Part shown: positions 22,798-31,621 of the stretch, piece by piece
How the letters are laid out: every line of letters begins with the position of its first letter
How positions within the stretch are numbered: position 1 is the stretch's first letter
Source: a virus
Taxonomy: Duplodnaviria; Caudoviricetes
Virus record (IMG/VR): IMGVR_UViG_3300030329_003406
Location: 1 to 55,990 of that record
Length of the DNA stretch: 55,990 nucleotides
Reading direction: 5' to 3' (one strand)
The notes under the pieces: generated by a model
Told to the model about the DNA's origin: nothing
Databases searched by the model: none
The model's input: the letters and a program-made list of their open reading frames with translations, nothing else
Program-made: the position numbers and the translations under genes

Positions 22798-22906
22798 GTT
22801 TGTGCTTACCTTTCTTCTTTATATATGAAAATCTAACATCACCCTTCTCATCTTTCCATTCATATAAGTCATCCATTACTGAATAAACTTTCTTCTTCTT
22901 AGCCAT
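22769..22906 (-). CDS. Small basic hypothetical protein (45 aa)
   Basis: MAKKKKVYSVMDDLYEWKDEKGDVRFSY...; fills the gap between genes. Confidence 0.45.
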   Translation of the reverse strand: MAKKKKVYSVMDDLYEWKDEKGDVRFSYIKKKGKHKRAKISTTNK

Positions 22907-22908
22907 TA

Positions 22909-23202
22909 TTAATTATCTGATCTTAATCCTTTGATGAATCCTCTTACTAATCCACCCATAATATTATCAAATAGGTCAATAAACCATGGCTCTATTGTGC
23001 CATTCCAGAACTTCTTACTGAAGCTCCATTTACCAAATCCTAATGTCATAACCTTACCGCAAGTTTCTGCAAATGTTTCTACCATATTTGCTAGCTGGTC
23101 ATTAGGAACTTTCTTAAGTACAAATAAGATGATACCTGCTGTACCACCTCCCATTAGCAATCCTGAATTACCTGATGCTAGCCCTATTAATGAATCAAAC
23201 AT
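22909..23202 (-). CDS. Membrane protein, holin-like candidate
   Basis: Hydrophobic N-terminal segment; AGGAG RBS; lies in a cluster of small TM genes. Confidence 0.45.
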   Translation of the reverse strand: MFDSLIGLASGNSGLLMGGGTAGIILFVLKKVPNDQLANMVETFAETCGKVMTLGFGKWSFSKKFWNGTIEPWFIDLFDNIMGGLVRGFIKGLRSDN

Positions 23203-23203
23203 A

Positions 23204-23464
23204 TTACTTCTCCTTTTTTAATAAATTTGTTACAATCTCTACTAAAGATTGATACGATTTTAATATACCTCGTTGTTCTATCTGCATTTTCTTCTGTTGG
23301 TCTATAAGCTTTATAATGATCATTTCTAGACGTTTAAAGTCTTGATCTAACTCCTCCATCAGCTCGTTCTGAATAAATTGATTCTGACGCCAAATAAAGA
23401 AGCCAAAGGCCATAGCTACTGCAACGGGTATCCCAAACTTTTCTAATACTGCAAATAAATCCAT
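23204..23464 (-). CDS. Holin-like protein (one TM helix plus coiled coil)
   Basis: EKFGIPVAVAMAFGFFIW TM segment followed by an amphipathic helix. Confidence 0.55.
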   Translation of the reverse strand: MDLFAVLEKFGIPVAVAMAFGFFIWRQNQFIQNELMEELDQDFKRLEMIIIKLIDQQKKMQIEQRGILKSYQSLVEIVTNLLKKEK

Positions 23465-24246
23465 TATTTATTCCCATCTACCATCTCTCCCCAAACGCAA
23501 CAGCGTCCATCTATAATTTGAACTACATCTACTGTAAAATTACCTCGACCATAGAAATCTATTATAGCAAATGCATGTGCCCAGTTTATTCTCCTATTCG
23601 AAAGCCATTCATTGGCACTAGCTTTCATATTCTTTAAGCATCCAATACTCCATGCTGACTTAGGTCCATCCATATGAGTAGCAGACATTTGTTGTAGATC
23701 ATGCCAATGTCCATACATTACATTGCATCCAAGTTTTCTTAAATGATTTGATGTATGATACTGGCCTCCATATTGATGCCCATGATAAAAATATAATTTA
23801 CCAATCTTTAAATGCTTTCCAAAAGGGTAATACGTATACCCCCTATCAGCCAAGTTAACGGCATTAGCAAACTTATACTGTGGAATATAAGGATACTTCT
23901 CAACTGCAAGATTAAGCCAATCATCATGGTTTCCTTCAGTAATATACTTCTTTCCACAACCTGACTTATCAAGAGCCTCATCTATAATATCCATTCCTGC
24001 ATTTACTGCCTTTACATCTTTATCAAAATCTTTTATCAAGAACTCTAATGGAGGGGCTTTCTTACGTTTCCACTTCCAATGAGAAAAAGCTTCCCACTCT
24101 CCCACATCTCCCAGATCAACATATATATCTGGCTTAACAATCTCAATCGCTTTACAAAGAGCGTTTATTGCTGGCATATCCGCTAACGGAAAATGCTTAT
24201 CTGGAGTGGCAATTGCTCGCTTGATCACCCCTTTATCATTAGGCAT
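23464..24246 (-). CDS. Calcineurin-like metallophosphoesterase
   Basis: PDKH, LGD, EGNHD, YHGH and GHWH motifs. Confidence 0.85.
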   Translation of the reverse strand: MPNDKGVIKRAIATPDKHFPLADMPAINALCKAIEIVKPDIYVDLGDVGEWEAFSHWKWKRKKAPPLEFLIKDFDKDVKAVNAGMDIIDEALDKSGCGKKYITEGNHDDWLNLAVEKYPYIPQYKFANAVNLADRGYTYYPFGKHLKIGKLYFYHGHQYGGQYHTSNHLRKLGCNVMYGHWHDLQQMSATHMDGPKSAWSIGCLKNMKASANEWLSNRRINWAHAFAIIDFYGRGNFTVDVVQIIDGRCCVWGEMVDGNK

Positions 24247-24254
24247 AGTCTCTC

Positions 24255-24407
24255 CTATTTAGACTTCTTAGATTTTCCTTCTTTTTTAACTTCTTCCTCT
24301 TCAGGATTTTCAGTTAATACCTCTATAGCACCTTGAAGTTTATAATATATTACTTCACATTCTTTAAGTTGCTTATTAAGGTTTTGAAGTTTTTCTTCAT
24401 TAGTCAT
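24255..24407 (-). CDS. Small coiled-coil protein (50 aa)
   Basis: MTNEEKLQNLNKQ...KLQGAIEVL; AGGAG RBS. Confidence 0.6.
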   Translation of the reverse strand: MTNEEKLQNLNKQLKECEVIYYKLQGAIEVLTENPEEEEVKKEGKSKKSK

Positions 24408-24432
24408 CTTGATTTCTCTCCTTGTTTGTTTA

Positions 24433-24576
24433 TTATAATTCTTTTCTTATTTTTATAATTAAATATACTAAGGTAGCTATACCAACAGCAACAGAAACAA
24501 CTTCTGGTAACAACTGAAAACAATTGATCCATGTAGCTGCAACTCCAGCTCCAGCTGTCCTCAATGTATCTAGCAT
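24433..24576 (-). CDS. Small membrane protein, holin-like (47 aa)
   Basis: ...LLPEVVSVAVGIATLVYLIIKIRKEL*; TAATG coupling. Confidence 0.6.
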   Translation of the reverse strand: MLDTLRTAGAGVAATWINCFQLLPEVVSVAVGIATLVYLIIKIRKEL

Positions 24577-24839
24577 TATAGTGCGTTAATGTCTGATATA
24601 ATTGCAGTTAATCCTGTGATTTGAGATTCAATTTTACTTTTCTCTGCTTCAAGTCTTGCTTTGTCACGTTCATAATCTGTAACTCTAACTACATTAACTG
24701 CATCATCTGCAGCTTCACCTGTAGCACTATTGTACCTTTTTTCAGTTAAACTTATTATATCATTGCCATCATCATCAGCACTTTTTGAAAAGCTAACCTT
24801 TGATGCTGATTTTAATGAACTATAGTTTTCTGGTCTCAT
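24576..24839 (-). CDS. Hypothetical protein with C-terminal coiled coil
   Basis: ORF with AGGAG RBS following the tail fibre gene. Confidence 0.6.
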   Translation of the reverse strand: MRPENYSSLKSASKVSFSKSADDDGNDIISLTEKRYNSATGEAADDAVNVVRVTDYERDKARLEAEKSKIESQITGLTAIISDINAL

Positions 24840-24854
24840 TTATCTTTCTCCTTG

Positions 24855-27800
24855 TTAATTACATTTACATTTAGATTTTAATTTTTCCATTTCTTCTGAT
24901 AACTCTTGAACTGCTTTCACAAGAGGAGTTATTAATTCTGCTTCTGCTAATTCTTGCATACTATCTTTATTTTCACTCCACATAGGAAAATTAGAATGTC
25001 CAACTTTATCCATCGCTTCCTTTACCTCTTGGGCAATAAATCCATAATGAATTCTATTCGGATTCTTTCTTTCAGTTTCATTTGGGTTATATCCTTTAAA
25101 TTCTTTAGGATATTCACTTGGAGCTTTCTTTTTATAACTCACAGTTCTTAATCCATTAATAAAATCAAGACCTAATTCATTATCACTTATATCTTTTTTA
25201 ATCCTAATATCTGATGAATGTGACCAAGTAGCATTTTCTCCAAAATCAACTGTTATGTAATCACTCGCCCTTCCTATCCTGCAAGTTTCTGTTCCAGCAC
25301 CATCAAAATCATTACTAACATCAGCACCAGCACCTATAACAATTTCATGTGTTACGTCAGCAGCCGAAGCATTTAAATGAAATCCAAGCATAACATTATT
25401 ACTACCAGTTGCTATATTTTCTCCAGAACGAGAACCTATGCAAATATTAAAATCTCCAGTTGTTATACTTTCACCTGCTTCATATCCCACAGCAGTATTA
25501 TGCTGTGCATCTGTAATTACAGCAGTTAAAGCTTCCCATCCAACACCAACATTACCTTGACCAGTCAATGGTGTTCCAGTAACTGATTCTAAAGCATAAG
25601 TTCCTATTGCAATATTTTTTTCTGCATCACCAATAAACTCACCTGCTTTATGACCTATAGCAACATTATCGCCCTCATTATCAGAGTTTGTGCATTGATA
25701 TAAAGCTTTCATACCTATAGCAATATTCCTATCTCCTGTAGATTGAGAGCCTAATGCCTGATAACCTAAAGCAACATTTTTATCACCTGCAGTTAAATTT
25801 GTACCTGCTTGGTATCCAATTCCTATATTTTGACCTGATGTATTATCCTCAAGTGCAAGTCTACCAATACCAATACAATCATCTGCTGAAACTATGCCTG
25901 TGCCCATAGCACCTTTTCCCATAGCAATATTATAATAACCTTCATTATCAGCAGTGTCTAAAGTATTAGAGCCAATAGCTATACAGTCTCTTTGACCATC
26001 TACATGAGTACCACCCATTAAGGCTTGATAACCAATAGCAATATTGTAGTCATATTCAGGGTCATTAGCTGTACTCATAGCTTGATGACCAATAGCAACG
26101 TTATAATTTTCACCACTATCTGCAGCATCAAGAGCTTGATGTCCTATAACCACATTTCCAACATTATTAGTCATAGTGCCACCTGAATCAGCACCTATCA
26201 ATATATTCTTAGTAGCATCAGCTAATTCATCACCTGAAGCATATCCAATACAAACATTGTAATCACCACTAGAAACTAGTGTGCCTGCATAATATCCTAG
26301 ATAAACACCTCCTGTTGCTGTTAATGCAGATGTTGATGTACCACCACCTGCATAAGCACCTACTGCAGTACTATACACTGTTGTATTATTAGCAGCAGTT
26401 GAAGTATCTCCACCAATAAGAGTTTTAAATCCAATAGCAGTATTACCTCTATTATAATTATTATCTGTATCTCCTAAATATTTACCTGCATAACCACCAA
26501 CATATGTGCCTGAAAAAACTTCATTACTTGCTCCAGATAGACCAACTGCACTATAAGCTGCTTCATGACCAATTGCTACACATGCATTCCCTGAATCATC
26601 ATTCAAAGTATACAAAGCATTAGAACCAATTGCAACACAATCACTAACAGCTTGAGCACTTCCCATAGCTCTATAGCCCAAAGCAGTATTATTTCCACCA
26701 CTAGTCGCAGCAGTCAAAGCACTATTACCTATAGCAGTATTTGCATTACCTGAAGTTAAATTAGCAGCTGCTGAGTATCCTACATAAACACCATTACCTG
26801 CAGTGAAATGGTCAGCAGTACCACCTGCAGCTAAACCTCCACCTGCATAATGACCAACACCAACACTATAAGATGCTGTGTTATTAGTTACATCATCTGT
26901 TTCACCACCTGACATAGCTAAATATCCTATAGCAGTTATACCTACATTACCAGCAGTGCTACTTCCATTATCTATAGTTCCTAAATACCTTGCAGCTCTA
27001 TAACCTACAGCAGTTATTGCTGAAGCACCTGCAGCTCCATTTTGTGAATTATTATGATAAGCTGCTTCAAATCCAATAGCAACACTTCTATCTAAAGATT
27101 CATCATTAGCAGTATATAAAGAACCATATCCGAGGGTAGCGCAATTGTCTACAGCTGTAGAAGTATACATACTCAAATAACCAACTGCAGTATTTAAAGT
27201 ACCAGTACAAGCTGGAGCAGCTTGTCTTCCCATTACAGTATTTCCCTCTCCACAATCAGCACTTAATGCATCATACCCAACAGCTGTATTTCCATTAGCA
27301 CTTGTTAAACCATGAAGGGCTGTACTCCCTACTGCAGTATTTCCAACACCAGTACTAACAGTACTCATAGCTGCAAAACCAACTGCAGTATTACCACCTG
27401 AATCTTCTGCAGGCTCAAAAACTTTCATTGTATCTGCTCCAATAGCAGTATTGCTATTTCCATCAACATTTGCAGCTAAAGCTTGATAACCAAATGCAGT
27501 ATTACTTTCACCATCTGCATTAGCAGCCAAGGCTTGATATCCAACTGCAGCATTTTTTGTTCCTACAGTTAATGCTTTTAATGCTTCGAAACCAACTGCT
27601 ACAGCACCATCTGCTGCTGATGTTACAGCACCTTGCATAGCATCATGCCCTATAGCAATGCAATCATCTCCTGCAAAAGAAGCATTATTCATAACATTAG
27701 CACCGATAGCTATATTATTACCATCTACAGAAGTACCACCTTTTAATGCCTCAAAACCAATAGCTATATTATAATCAGCATCATCAGTATTTATATCACC

Positions 27801-28205
27801 ACCTGCTGATTTTCCAATCAATATATTATATGCTTCACCACCATCTGCTGCATCAAAAGCATAAGAACCAACAGCTATATTATTAGAACCATTACCTGCT
27901 GCACCTGCTGAACGACCAATATAAACATTATCATCTGCTGTTGTTTGGTCTTTTCCTGCATGATGCCCAATTAATACATTATTGTCACCACCAGTTATAT
28001 CTTCCCCTGCTTTTGAACCTATTGCTATATTCGCATCTGCACCACTATCTGCATCTGTTGTACTTGATAAAGCATCAGTTCCAATTGCTATATTACTGCC
28101 ATCATCTGCATCTAAAAGAGCTCCTGCACCCTCACCAATAGCCATACTATCTGTAGTGCTATCAATTTTTATTGGAGGTACTGAGCTTAACATTCCATTT
28201 AACAT
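24855..28205 (-). CDS. Tail fibre with YadA-head-like ~14-aa repeats and a C-terminal peptidase S74 intramolecular chaperone
   Basis: Dozens of N(T/I)A(V/I)G..A(L) repeats; SSDIRIKKDI...YGFIAQEV...LVKAVQEL at the C-terminus. Confidence 0.85.
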   Translation of the reverse strand: MLNGMLSSVPPIKIDSTTDSMAIGEGAGALLDADDGSNIAIGTDALSSTTDADSGADANIAIGSKAGEDITGGDNNVLIGHHAGKDQTTADDNVYIGRSAGAAGNGSNNIAVGSYAFDAADGGEAYNILIGKSAGGDINTDDADYNIAIGFEALKGGTSVDGNNIAIGANVMNNASFAGDDCIAIGHDAMQGAVTSAADGAVAVGFEALKALTVGTKNAAVGYQALAANADGESNTAFGYQALAANVDGNSNTAIGADTMKVFEPAEDSGGNTAVGFAAMSTVSTGVGNTAVGSTALHGLTSANGNTAVGYDALSADCGEGNTVMGRQAAPACTGTLNTAVGYLSMYTSTAVDNCATLGYGSLYTANDESLDRSVAIGFEAAYHNNSQNGAAGASAITAVGYRAARYLGTIDNGSSTAGNVGITAIGYLAMSGGETDDVTNNTASYSVGVGHYAGGGLAAGGTADHFTAGNGVYVGYSAAANLTSGNANTAIGNSALTAATSGGNNTALGYRAMGSAQAVSDCVAIGSNALYTLNDDSGNACVAIGHEAAYSAVGLSGASNEVFSGTYVGGYAGKYLGDTDNNYNRGNTAIGFKTLIGGDTSTAANNTTVYSTAVGAYAGGGTSTSALTATGGVYLGYYAGTLVSSGDYNVCIGYASGDELADATKNILIGADSGGTMTNNVGNVVIGHQALDAADSGENYNVAIGHQAMSTANDPEYDYNIAIGYQALMGGTHVDGQRDCIAIGSNTLDTADNEGYYNIAMGKGAMGTGIVSADDCIGIGRLALEDNTSGQNIGIGYQAGTNLTAGDKNVALGYQALGSQSTGDRNIAIGMKALYQCTNSDNEGDNVAIGHKAGEFIGDAEKNIAIGTYALESVTGTPLTGQGNVGVGWEALTAVITDAQHNTAVGYEAGESITTGDFNICIGSRSGENIATGSNNVMLGFHLNASAADVTHEIVIGAGADVSNDFDGAGTETCRIGRASDYITVDFGENATWSHSSDIRIKKDISDNELGLDFINGLRTVSYKKKAPSEYPKEFKGYNPNETERKNPNRIHYGFIAQEVKEAMDKVGHSNFPMWSENKDSMQELAEAELITPLVKAVQELSEEMEKLKSKCKCN

Positions 28206-28206
28206 A

Positions 28207-28545
28207 TTATACCTCCACTATTCTTACAGCTACAGCACTTAACCCTAAATGGTTAAAGTATATAGTGCTCCCTAATCCTCTTGGGACTGTTATAAAAGTT
28301 AATGTTGAACCTGGGATTATAAGGTCATTTGATGTATTACAATCTACTCCTTCATCTGCAGAGAATCTAAAATAAATACTTCCAGCAGCATATATTCCAA
28401 GTTGACTTGCTCCTGATACATCTAAATGAATAGTATCTGTTGTTCCCGTTCCACCATGAGTAGCTGCAGCATTAGTAGTCCAAACACCACCTGGACCAGT
28501 AGAGTTTAGTGCTTCTTGCACAGTAAGTTTGTGTAAATTAGCCAT
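28207..28545 (-). CDS. Small beta-rich virion protein
   Basis: ORF with AGGAG RBS immediately before the tail fibre gene. Confidence 0.55.
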   Translation of the reverse strand: MANLHKLTVQEALNSTGPGGVWTTNAAATHGGTGTTDTIHLDVSGASQLGIYAAGSIYFRFSADEGVDCNTSNDLIIPGSTLTFITVPRGLGSTIYFNHLGLSAVAVRIVEV

Positions 28546-28608
28546 TTTATTCTCCTTTCGAGTCGCACTTTAAGGTCTTGACTTGACCGTGAATGTGCTA
28601 TTTTATAA

Positions 28609-29034
28609 TTATCTTATTGCCATATTCCCAGACATTATAATTCTGGGGCCAGCAACTTTAGCATTTTCATGCTTTTCTACCATTTTCCTAAATTCTCGCA
28701 TGAAGTATTCTTTTTTTTCTAAATCCATTAGGTCTTCTGCGACCCTAGCTTTAACGTAATAAACTAATGCTTTTTGTATATATGATGCAACTGGAATATC
28801 ATCTGATTCATCGCTTATAGAACTATATGTAGCATATTCTATTTCTAGCCCATCAGTAACACTTTCTATTGGACTTTTATAATGACTTGATCCAGAAGGT
28901 ATATCATCTGTTATGCCATCTCCAGACACTCCAGAGTAAACATAATTTAATCCATCTGTAGTAGTAAAGTCTTTCTCAATAAGAGATAGCTTATTAGCTT
29001 TAATTTGATATGAATATTCTTTTCTATTTGCCAT
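28609..29034 (-). CDS. Ring/adaptor-like protein (resembles the C-terminal half)
   Basis: LEIEY...SDDIPV..YIQKALVYYV resembles head-tail ring protein C-termini. Confidence 0.55.
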   Translation of the reverse strand: MANRKEYSYQIKANKLSLIEKDFTTTDGLNYVYSGVSGDGITDDIPSGSSHYKSPIESVTDGLEIEYATYSSISDESDDIPVASYIQKALVYYVKARVAEDLMDLEKKEYFMREFRKMVEKHENAKVAGPRIIMSGNMAIR

Positions 29035-29303
29035 TAAAACCTCTTACTAAATGTTAGTTTATAATCTACAGGCATATTACCCATTCTAGTATTATAGCCA
29101 AAATCTAAACTATGACTATCATCAAAGTCATAACCTATATTAAATGTCCCTCTATCTCTAGCTATATCTGAAATCATTCCAAGTTCCATCCTGCCAGAAT
29201 TAAATGCCTCTATTAATGCTAAGCCTAATAGATCATTTAAATTATGCCTAAATCTAAAACTATCATCATTTTGTTGAAATGTAGGTATTATACTATTTGC
29301 CAT
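29034..29303 (-). CDS. Inserted (moron-like) hypothetical protein, 89 aa, flanked by 11-bp direct repeats
   Basis: Starts at ATGGCAAATAG, identical to the start of the next gene. Confidence 0.55.
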   Translation of the reverse strand: MANSIIPTFQQNDDSFRFRHNLNDLLGLALIEAFNSGRMELGMISDIARDRGTFNIGYDFDDSHSLDFGYNTRMGNMPVDYKLTFSKRF

Positions 29304-29577
29304 CTGCATCCTTTGTTGGAACATTGCCTATCGCTCTTGGTATACTTCTATATTCATCTTTATTATTTAAATGGTTCTTGCACCTAACATCTACTATTTT
29401 AATAGCATCAGGAGGTAGATCATAAAATCTTTTATTTTCCTCTATATCTATTCTGGTAGTTTGTATATCTGTTTCGGATATTATATTCAATTCTTCCAAC
29501 CCATCTTTTAAATATGCGATTAATCTTCCTGTCGCTATTCCCTCTCCTACTCTTTCTGAAAATTCTCTTATTTTCAT
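29293..29577 (-). CDS. Ring/adaptor-like protein (resembles the N-terminal half)
   Basis: LIAYLKDGLEEL...RFYDLPPDAIKIVDV motif. Confidence 0.55.
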   Translation of the reverse strand: MKIREFSERVGEGIATGRLIAYLKDGLEELNIISETDIQTTRIDIEENKRFYDLPPDAIKIVDVRCKNHLNNKDEYRSIPRAIGNVPTKDADGK

Positions 29578-30530
29578 CTTCTAGCTCCTTGAGCTTGTTG
29601 TTGTTGTTTTGGAGCCATTAATGCAAATGCTCCATCATACTCAGCTTTCAATTCATTATATCTGGCGATTCTAGAAGCTATTTCTGCCATATATCCTTGC
29701 GCTTCTTTTAATGGTAAATCAGCAAGAGATGTAACTTCTTTAATAGCTGTATCTGCATGTACCAATTCTACCTGAATTGCCTCTAAACTTGTTTTAACCA
29801 TCTCTGGATCTTCCATCATTAAAAATGATGATGTATCGCTAGATGATGATGGATAATCTCCATCAAATAATTTACCTGCATTATCTAATGCAGTCTTTAC
29901 TTGCTTAAATCTTTTTGCTCCCAAATCTCTATTATCTAAAGCATTATAAAGAGAATCACTTATCTTGTCTAATGCTGTCTCTACAGTCTTATGCATACTT
30001 CCTATCTTATTCTGTAAGGATCTCATACCTGCATATAACACTACCAAGTACTCATACTCATATGGGAAGTTAAGAATTCCATCTGCTGCAGTGCCAAAAG
30101 CAACACTTTGATCATAATAAACTTGAGATACTTGCCCTCTATTATCGCCAGTCGAAGTTCCTTCTGGTACTACAAATATCTTACCATTTAATTGATAATA
30201 TCCAGGATTAAATTTAGATCTAAAATGAAGACTATTTACATCTGTAGCTTCATACCTTTCAGTAGGATCTATTCTTGTGCATGACCTAAGTACTGTAGTA
30301 CTATCATGTTCTCTCATAACATGAAATACCCTACCTGATTGAGCTACTCCAGCCCCAGTATCTTCAGTAGTCGTACTAAACTTATTTATCTCTTGAGGTC
30401 TTAGCTGTATAATTCTATTAACTACCTCAACTACCCCACTCTTAAGATATTCAGTAATATCTCCTGTAGTAGGGTTAGTCCCGACAGTTAGATCGGTTAA
30501 AGACTCTATTTGATTTTGAAAATTTGCCAT
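29574..30530 (-). CDS. Head-tail adaptor/ring protein
   Basis: ITEYLKSGVVEV, PGYYQLNGKIFVVP and FPYEYEYLVVLYA motifs; follows the capsid genes. Confidence 0.6.
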   Translation of the reverse strand: MANFQNQIESLTDLTVGTNPTTGDITEYLKSGVVEVVNRIIQLRPQEINKFSTTTEDTGAGVAQSGRVFHVMREHDSTTVLRSCTRIDPTERYEATDVNSLHFRSKFNPGYYQLNGKIFVVPEGTSTGDNRGQVSQVYYDQSVAFGTAADGILNFPYEYEYLVVLYAGMRSLQNKIGSMHKTVETALDKISDSLYNALDNRDLGAKRFKQVKTALDNAGKLFDGDYPSSSSDTSSFLMMEDPEMVKTSLEAIQVELVHADTAIKEVTSLADLPLKEAQGYMAEIASRIARYNELKAEYDGAFALMAPKQQQQAQGARR

Positions 30531-30550
30531 TTATCCTTTTCTTTAAATAA

Positions 30551-30600
30551 AGCCCACCCCCTCCTACGGGGAGAGAATATCCCTGAGGAAGGGGCAGACC
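30551..30600 (-). terminator. Stem-loop/terminator after the capsid genes
   Basis: GGTCTGCCCCTTCCT / AGGAGGGGGTGGGCT 15-bp stem (with G-U pairs) followed by TTATTT. Confidence 0.6.
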
Positions 30601-30609
30601 TATTTTTAT

Positions 30610-31095
30610 TTATGAAGCTACGTAAGTAGAAGACACTGTGTCAGTTGGTTTAGACCAGATAACAAGAAATCTTGTTTCTCCAGTTGTACCAGCCCCACCA
30701 GACGTTATCTTTGCAGTTATCGTCCTGGCAGATGCTGAATAACCTCCTAATGCACCGTCATCATCAGTTACATAAGCACCTTTTTCTCCACCATCATGAT
30801 TGAATGCAAAGACTTCACCCGCGGCTAAAGCGCCACCAGATAAAAGATTAGTGGCTTCATAAAAGCCATTATCATCATCTCCGTCACCTACAATCATAGA
30901 ACATGAAGAAGCAGAATCCCATAAAGTTACACCATGAACTTGAACGTCATTGACATAAGCTCCTGCTGGAATGGTCACCGAAGCAGTATATACACCTGCA
31001 GCTGCACCACCATTACCATCTGTAATCTTAATAACCATTTCAGCGGTATTAGGATTCCAACTTGATTTGTATGTTTGTCTATCTAAGGTTGCCAT
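30610..31095 (-). CDS. Capsid decoration/cement-like protein
   Basis: TIPAGAYVNDVQV...MIVGDGDDDNGF; downstream of MCP; AGGAGG RBS. Confidence 0.6.
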   Translation of the reverse strand: MATLDRQTYKSSWNPNTAEMVIKITDGNGGAAAGVYTASVTIPAGAYVNDVQVHGVTLWDSASSCSMIVGDGDDDNGFYEATNLLSGGALAAGEVFAFNHDGGEKGAYVTDDDGALGGYSASARTITAKITSGGAGTTGETRFLVIWSKPTDTVSSTYVAS

Positions 31096-31106
31096 TATCT
31101 ACCTCC

Positions 31107-31610
31107 TTAACTAAATGGAGTAGCTAAAGATCCACTTCCATAAAGAAAGCCTTCAACAGTCCAATAGCCATTTTCATTAACAGTAAACTTAGCCCAACTT
31201 CCAATTAACCCTCCTGTTGTACCACCGTTCATAGAGAATACAAGATCATTAGATTCATCAGCTGCAAATTCAGCCGCATTAGCAACTGCATCAGAAGCTT
31301 TAGTTATGATAATACTACCTTCAAGTAAATCGCCTGATTGAGCTGTTACAGAAATTAAATCAGCTGATGTAACTGTCACAGCAGTTTCTATCTTGATCCA
31401 TAATCCAGCATCTTCAGCAGATACAGCAGGCAATGTAATATCCATACCATTAGCGTGATGACTTGCATATGTTGCACAACAATCATCTTTTTCTAATGTG
31501 AACTGAGTATTATCACCAGCAACCTTTACATCTAAAGAACCTCTGAAAGCATTTCTAGCTTTATCTAAAGCATTATCAGCCTTATTTTGTCCATACATTG
31601 GATTTGCCAT
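31107..31610 (-). CDS. Capsid accessory protein (start revised to MANPMYGQ)
   Basis: AGGAGG RBS before ATG 31610; ITLPAV...GLWIKI motif. Confidence 0.6.
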   Translation of the reverse strand: MANPMYGQNKADNALDKARNAFRGSLDVKVAGDNTQFTLEKDDCCATYASHHANGMDITLPAVSAEDAGLWIKIETAVTVTSADLISVTAQSGDLLEGSIIITKASDAVANAAEFAADESNDLVFSMNGGTTGGLIGSWAKFTVNENGYWTVEGFLYGSGSLATPFS

Positions 31611-31621
31611 AATTAACCTCC

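Noticed and set aside
25400-28150. Periodic DNA repeats as a CRISPR array or DGR
   Set aside because: They are degenerate coding repeats of the fibre; no identical repeats with spacers, no reverse transcriptase and no TR/VR pair.
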